Below are positions 59,418 to 64,000 of a stretch of 64,000 nucleotides of DNA, piece by piece. Numbering within the stretch: position 1 is the stretch's first letter; every line of letters begins with the position of its first letter. The DNA lies in the NCBI RefSeq assembly GCF_032062105.1, contig NW_026920569.1, forward strand, positions 62,001 to 126,000. Reading direction: 5' to 3'. The notes beneath the pieces were generated by a model. The model was given only the letters and a program-made list of their open reading frames with translations, had not been told where the DNA came from and ran no database searches. The DNA comes from Saccostrea cucullata (Eukaryota). The position numbers and the translations under genes were made by a program.

Positions 59418-59628
59418 AAGGGACAATTCCGACCAGAAAAGCCTGTTTCAGCCTTCAGCTCAGGTGATCCTAAATGGAACGGATATTTCAAGTTTAAACA
59501 CAAACGCCCATACCCTGATCTGGTGAATCTATATTCTAGTAATGGATATTCTACGTATACATGGCATCGTTGTTTAGATTTTTAGAAGATTCAAGCTTCT
59601 CTGAGGCCGGTGATAGACATCTGAATGA

Positions 59629-59634
<6 letters not shown>

Positions 59635-59666
<32 letters not shown>
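59635..59666. repeat. (GA)n microsatellite
   Basis: About 16 GA units. Confidence 0.9.
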
Positions 59667-59670
<4 letters not shown>

Positions 59671-61112
59671 CACTGTGTTCAGTTGTGAAATCATAATCTG
59701 GAGAAGTATAAAATTCTATCATTGTAAATTTTTATTGGGGTTATTAAAATCAATCCTCTTTGTTTAACCAGAAAATAGGACATAAACTCAGGTTACTCAT
59801 TTCTGTACATAATAAAGTCGATGGAATGAAAATTCTGACAGATGCTGCACATAAATTATTATACATGTATATGAGCACTTAGATATAGCGTGATGATTGA
59901 TTTTTTTTGTTAAAAGGTAAAATTTAACGATTACTAGTACTTTCTTTCCTTATCTACTTTTGTTAATTTCGTTTGTATTGCCCGATTTCACTACATACCT
60001 GTATATTGTACAAAACGGGGCAGCCTTGCATTGAACACATCCATTAGTGAAAAGTAATATATTCAAAAATCGGGGGTGGTGGGGGTGGGGTGGGGTGGGG
60101 TGTGGTGGGGTGTGCTCCCATCGTTACCTTTTAATCATATATCATAGTAATTTGTTTCCTAGTCTAAATTTTCTTCTCCATTTGACCCTTGTTGTGGGTA
60201 TGTGTGTCTAAATGGGTGGACATTTATTCGGTAGTAAATTTTATCGTAGCATTTCACTCTATTGTTTTTTTTTGTATCATTAAAACATATTAAACGACCA
60301 AAGCTCCATTAAACTTAATTTATCCAAAGCATTGTCTTCAGTATTTTATATCTATTATAAAGTTTCGTATAAATCAAAATTAAATTCTCACCTTAATTTG
60401 CAGTACCTGCTCCATCTATATATGACCGTCTATCGGGTGTAGGTTATATCAAATAGATAACGGGCCAACTAACTATAAGGTGTATCATATAAATGTAACA
60501 ATGCCCTGATAACGGGAGAGAAAGGATGAACAAACGCACAGACCATACGTGTGATCAAAATCGGTAAAAAAAATTAATACGCTAAACAAGTGAGTCAGGA
60601 TCAAGTGAAAGTTATCTCCACTTGACACAGATTATGTCCAAACAGAAATGTTGTAAAGGTATAGATTATCATTAGGAATATCACATTTCGTGGTAAACAT
60701 AAAATTCATGGATCTCATGATAGCTGGAAAACAATGAAAATTAAACCCCACGAAAATTGGTGATTTTCCGGTACCCTGATAAGCGATATAGATTAATGGT
60801 TAGGGGTTCAAAGCCCGTGAATCATTAATTTTCTTTTCCCCAATTTCTTGTGTGTGATTGATCAAGAAGAAATGCGTTTGTTTTACAATCAAGAATACCA
60901 TTCTTACTATTATAATTATATATCAAAAAAAAAAAAAAATAATAATAATAAAATTAAAAATGGAAACAAATACTATAGGAATTTTTTTGTTTTTACTGAC
61001 AAAGTTGAGACTGCATTATTTGTTCACTGGAGCTGATCAAAGAATTATTTGTCAAGAACCATAAAATACACAAAATAGAGGATTTTTTTTTATTTCTAAA
61101 CGAAATAAAATG

Positions 61113-63987
61113 TTACATATGTAGAATGAGGTAATTGAGATATGTGGCGTAAACCCCGAATCCTAGACCGGAAGTGTGAGCCAGACAGTCATCTAAAAAA
61201 GAAAAACAAGCTTTTCATATGAATCGTTCTCATGCCAAATTAAAATCTAAGGTGGTTTTTCTCGTAATCTTCTACATTTTTACAAAAGCATTATATTATG
61301 TATAAAATAAAATCAGTTAAACCAGGGACAAGCGATCGATGATTTGTTTTTATCACGATCAAAAGAAGGAACAGAGCGGAGAAGTAAACAGACAGACAGA
61401 CACACACAGATAGACAGACAGATAAAGAAAAGTTGACATCAAATTAATTTTAAACTTAAATTTCAAATTATTTAAGCTCTTGTACTTTGCAATCCATATA
61501 AGTGAACATTAAAGATTTACAAAAAAACCCTATATCTATTAATATAACTGTGATAGAACTGGTTATACCTTTCATTCCCTTCTCTCTCATTAGTTTCCTC
61601 ATCGTGGGACCGGACGCCAACCTGTTTCAATATTCAGTTTAATTAAAGGAAGTTCACTTTGTCCAATATTATTATACGAAAGAACCTTTTAATGTTAAGG
61701 ATGTCTTCTCTTAAATTAGGAAAGATAACTCTGTACTTTATTAATTATTTGTTTGAGTGAATGTATTTTTAATTAAACAATAAAATGCTTTCTTTGTTTG
61801 TAGTTACTGGAATGAACGGAAGCAGCTGTTGCAGAAAAAATACATAACCCGCGTATATTTATATCTGTTTTTAAGTAGGATTAAATATATTAATTATTGT
61901 GTTAATGATAACGTCTTTGTAATTTATTAACTGATCAAGAAATTTGTTTGATATGCCTAATGTAGTTTTTTACGCAATGGGTTTCATAAGAAATAAAGAA
62001 AAATATTCAGTGGATGTAAATATATGTATTATAAATTTTAATGCTCTGCGAGTCTTTGTGTTTGGTGGCAAGAAAGTTCCATATGAAAAAAGAGAGATGA
62101 ATTTTATACAACATTATAAGAAGTTCGTCATGAATTCAAATAATAGACGAATTCTTATGACATGTAGAACTTATACACCCGATATATATAGAGTGTACAA
62201 GTCTTACCCCTCCTCCTTAAGTTCCTTCGCCTCCTCTTTTTCGAATGACTCTTTGGATTCCTCTTCCGCCTGTAATTTGGCTTTCTCGTAAGTCGCGTGG
62301 GAAACATTGAGATTCTTGTAGACATCATTCACCATTTGGTCGGTCAATTGCTCAAGATCGTCCAAGGTCATCCTGAAGCAGCCGACACGGGCATCTAACC
62401 AGCGCAGAACTATTTTCATCCAATCCTCTCGCATAAAACTTTCATATCCCAAAGGTCCACACAAAACAGCTGTTCAAGAACGAACCACAACTAAATTACA
62501 ACATCAATCTATTGAAACCTAAAAGTATTTTATGTACAGAAACTTTATAAAAGCACCCACTTTGCTCCAGGAAGAGGTCTTGGTTGATTGATTTCACGTT
62601 TCCGTTCTTAACCAAAGTCTGAGCCTCTTTGTAGATTTTTTTGCACATGCGCGTCTGCACATCTCTGATTTTGTGTCCGTGTAAATCCTTTTCTACCTGC
62701 TTTAGACATCCTACCTACGGGTAAAAATGGTTTCAAATTAGTCGGTTGTTTTGACTATTAGAAGGCTTTGACGTGATTGTATCACTGTAGTGTAACAAAA
62801 CTGCGAGCCGACGAAACTTGTACATTTCTCATCAATTTATTGTGTACATTTCTCAGCAATTTATAAAAAAATTTGTGTGTGTGTGTTAGCACACCTTGGC
62901 TGGCCAAAGGCGAGACTCATTGGGATTTCCCGCACTTTTTAGTTTAATAGGCTGACCAGAGAATATTCGACCTTGACTAGCGATAATGACCTTGCCAATA
63001 AAAAATACTATATAAATTGCACTGCACAAACAAATGAGTTTGAATAAATCTTAATCATTGTGGTGTTTTGCTAGTGAACGATATAAATGACAAATATATA
63101 TAACTGTCAGCTGATTCAATACGCAAAAGCACTAATAAAAAATGAGAGAGACTATTGACAAACAAGTGGATAATACAGTTTCGTTTCAAGTTGACATTCT
63201 GCAAATGGTCGATCGATGGTCTTTCGCAAATGTTATAATGTTAAGAGTACAATACATATAATGCAAAGATGACTGACGTCTTTCATACAATTAAGCAAGG
63301 CTCAATTGACTTTGGATTTCTACGTTTATATACTCGATGATGAAACAATATTGGGGCGAGAGTTACCAATTAGGGGATGCTTACTTCTCCAAGGCACCTA
63401 ATCACACCTTTCATGTTTTCATATGCTCTTGATTGTTCTTCTCTCAATTTATATTATTAAATTGAACAATTATTGATGAATACCGTTCGTTTTCTTTTTA
63501 TTACATGCGTAGTTAAATCCTTCAATTACACACTCTTCCATGAACAACTGATAATTCATTCGATCAGTAATTAAAAGGTCTTTTAATCAACTGTTGCTTC
63601 TAAAGGCGATGTTGCTAATTTCATAATAAATATTTAACAATTTAAAACTTATTGAGATCGATCGTGTTAATTCTTAATGTGTGTTTTTTTTTTTAACTTT
63701 GGTTTATGATGTGAATATCCAGTCATTATATGGGAACTGATTCCATGGGGTTGATGTGATGTGATGTAGATATTATCACAAATCCGTCATACTTCAATAA
63801 ATGTACTTTCTAAGTGAAAAGTTATTTTACAAACCATGCTCTCTGCCTGTATAACTTTTGCCGGTATCGACTTACGTGCTCAATGACGATGAAATAGAGT
63901 AACTGGTGCGTGATGGCGTACTTCGATGTGTTTTCTGAGGTCATGAACTTCCAGCATTCAGGGGTCATAGTACAACGAGGGAGATTT
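61113..63987 (-). CDS. C16orf89/UPF0764-like protein, 3' five exons (63876-63987, 62561-62714, 62208-62469, 61569-61621, 61113-61192); 5' part outside the window
   Basis: ECWKFMT...YAITHQLLYF, GC...MCKKI, DLFLEQTVLCGPLGYESF...W...VLRW...GCF and REK...DDCLAHTSGLG follow the C16orf89 family pattern. Phases are consistent. Confidence 0.85.
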
Positions 63988-64000
63988 CTACAAATGATTA

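Overview
AT-rich, intron-rich eukaryotic DNA, most consistent with a bivalve mollusc (oyster-like; inferred from the repeat landscape). I reconstructed seven host genes from GT-AG boundaries and frame continuity. (1) The 3' end of an unidentified gene ending in a CaaX motif (+). (2) A complete 13-exon anoctamin-10/TMEM16K (-). (3) A type I LRR membrane protein (+), head-to-head with ANO10. (4) A ~875-aa secretory-pathway protein (-) that fuses a PKDCC/VLK-type kinase domain to a FAM20/Four-jointed-like domain; both domains lack canonical catalytic aspartates and the second has a pair of homologous, probably mutually exclusive exons. (5) RPB11/POLR2J (+), whose exon 3 is broken by a 71-bp templated insertion. 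(6) A small multi-pass membrane protein (-). (7) The 3' part of a C16orf89/UPF0764-like gene (-). Mobile DNA includes an apparently full-length Crypton (tyrosine recombinase) nested in a MITE, non-autonomous Crypton-type hairpins, satellite-carrying Helentron-like elements, SINEs and many MITEs. The most striking recurring pattern is that tandem arrays in three different genes are built from copies of the adjacent splice donor or acceptor. All homology calls come from motif recall, not from database searches.
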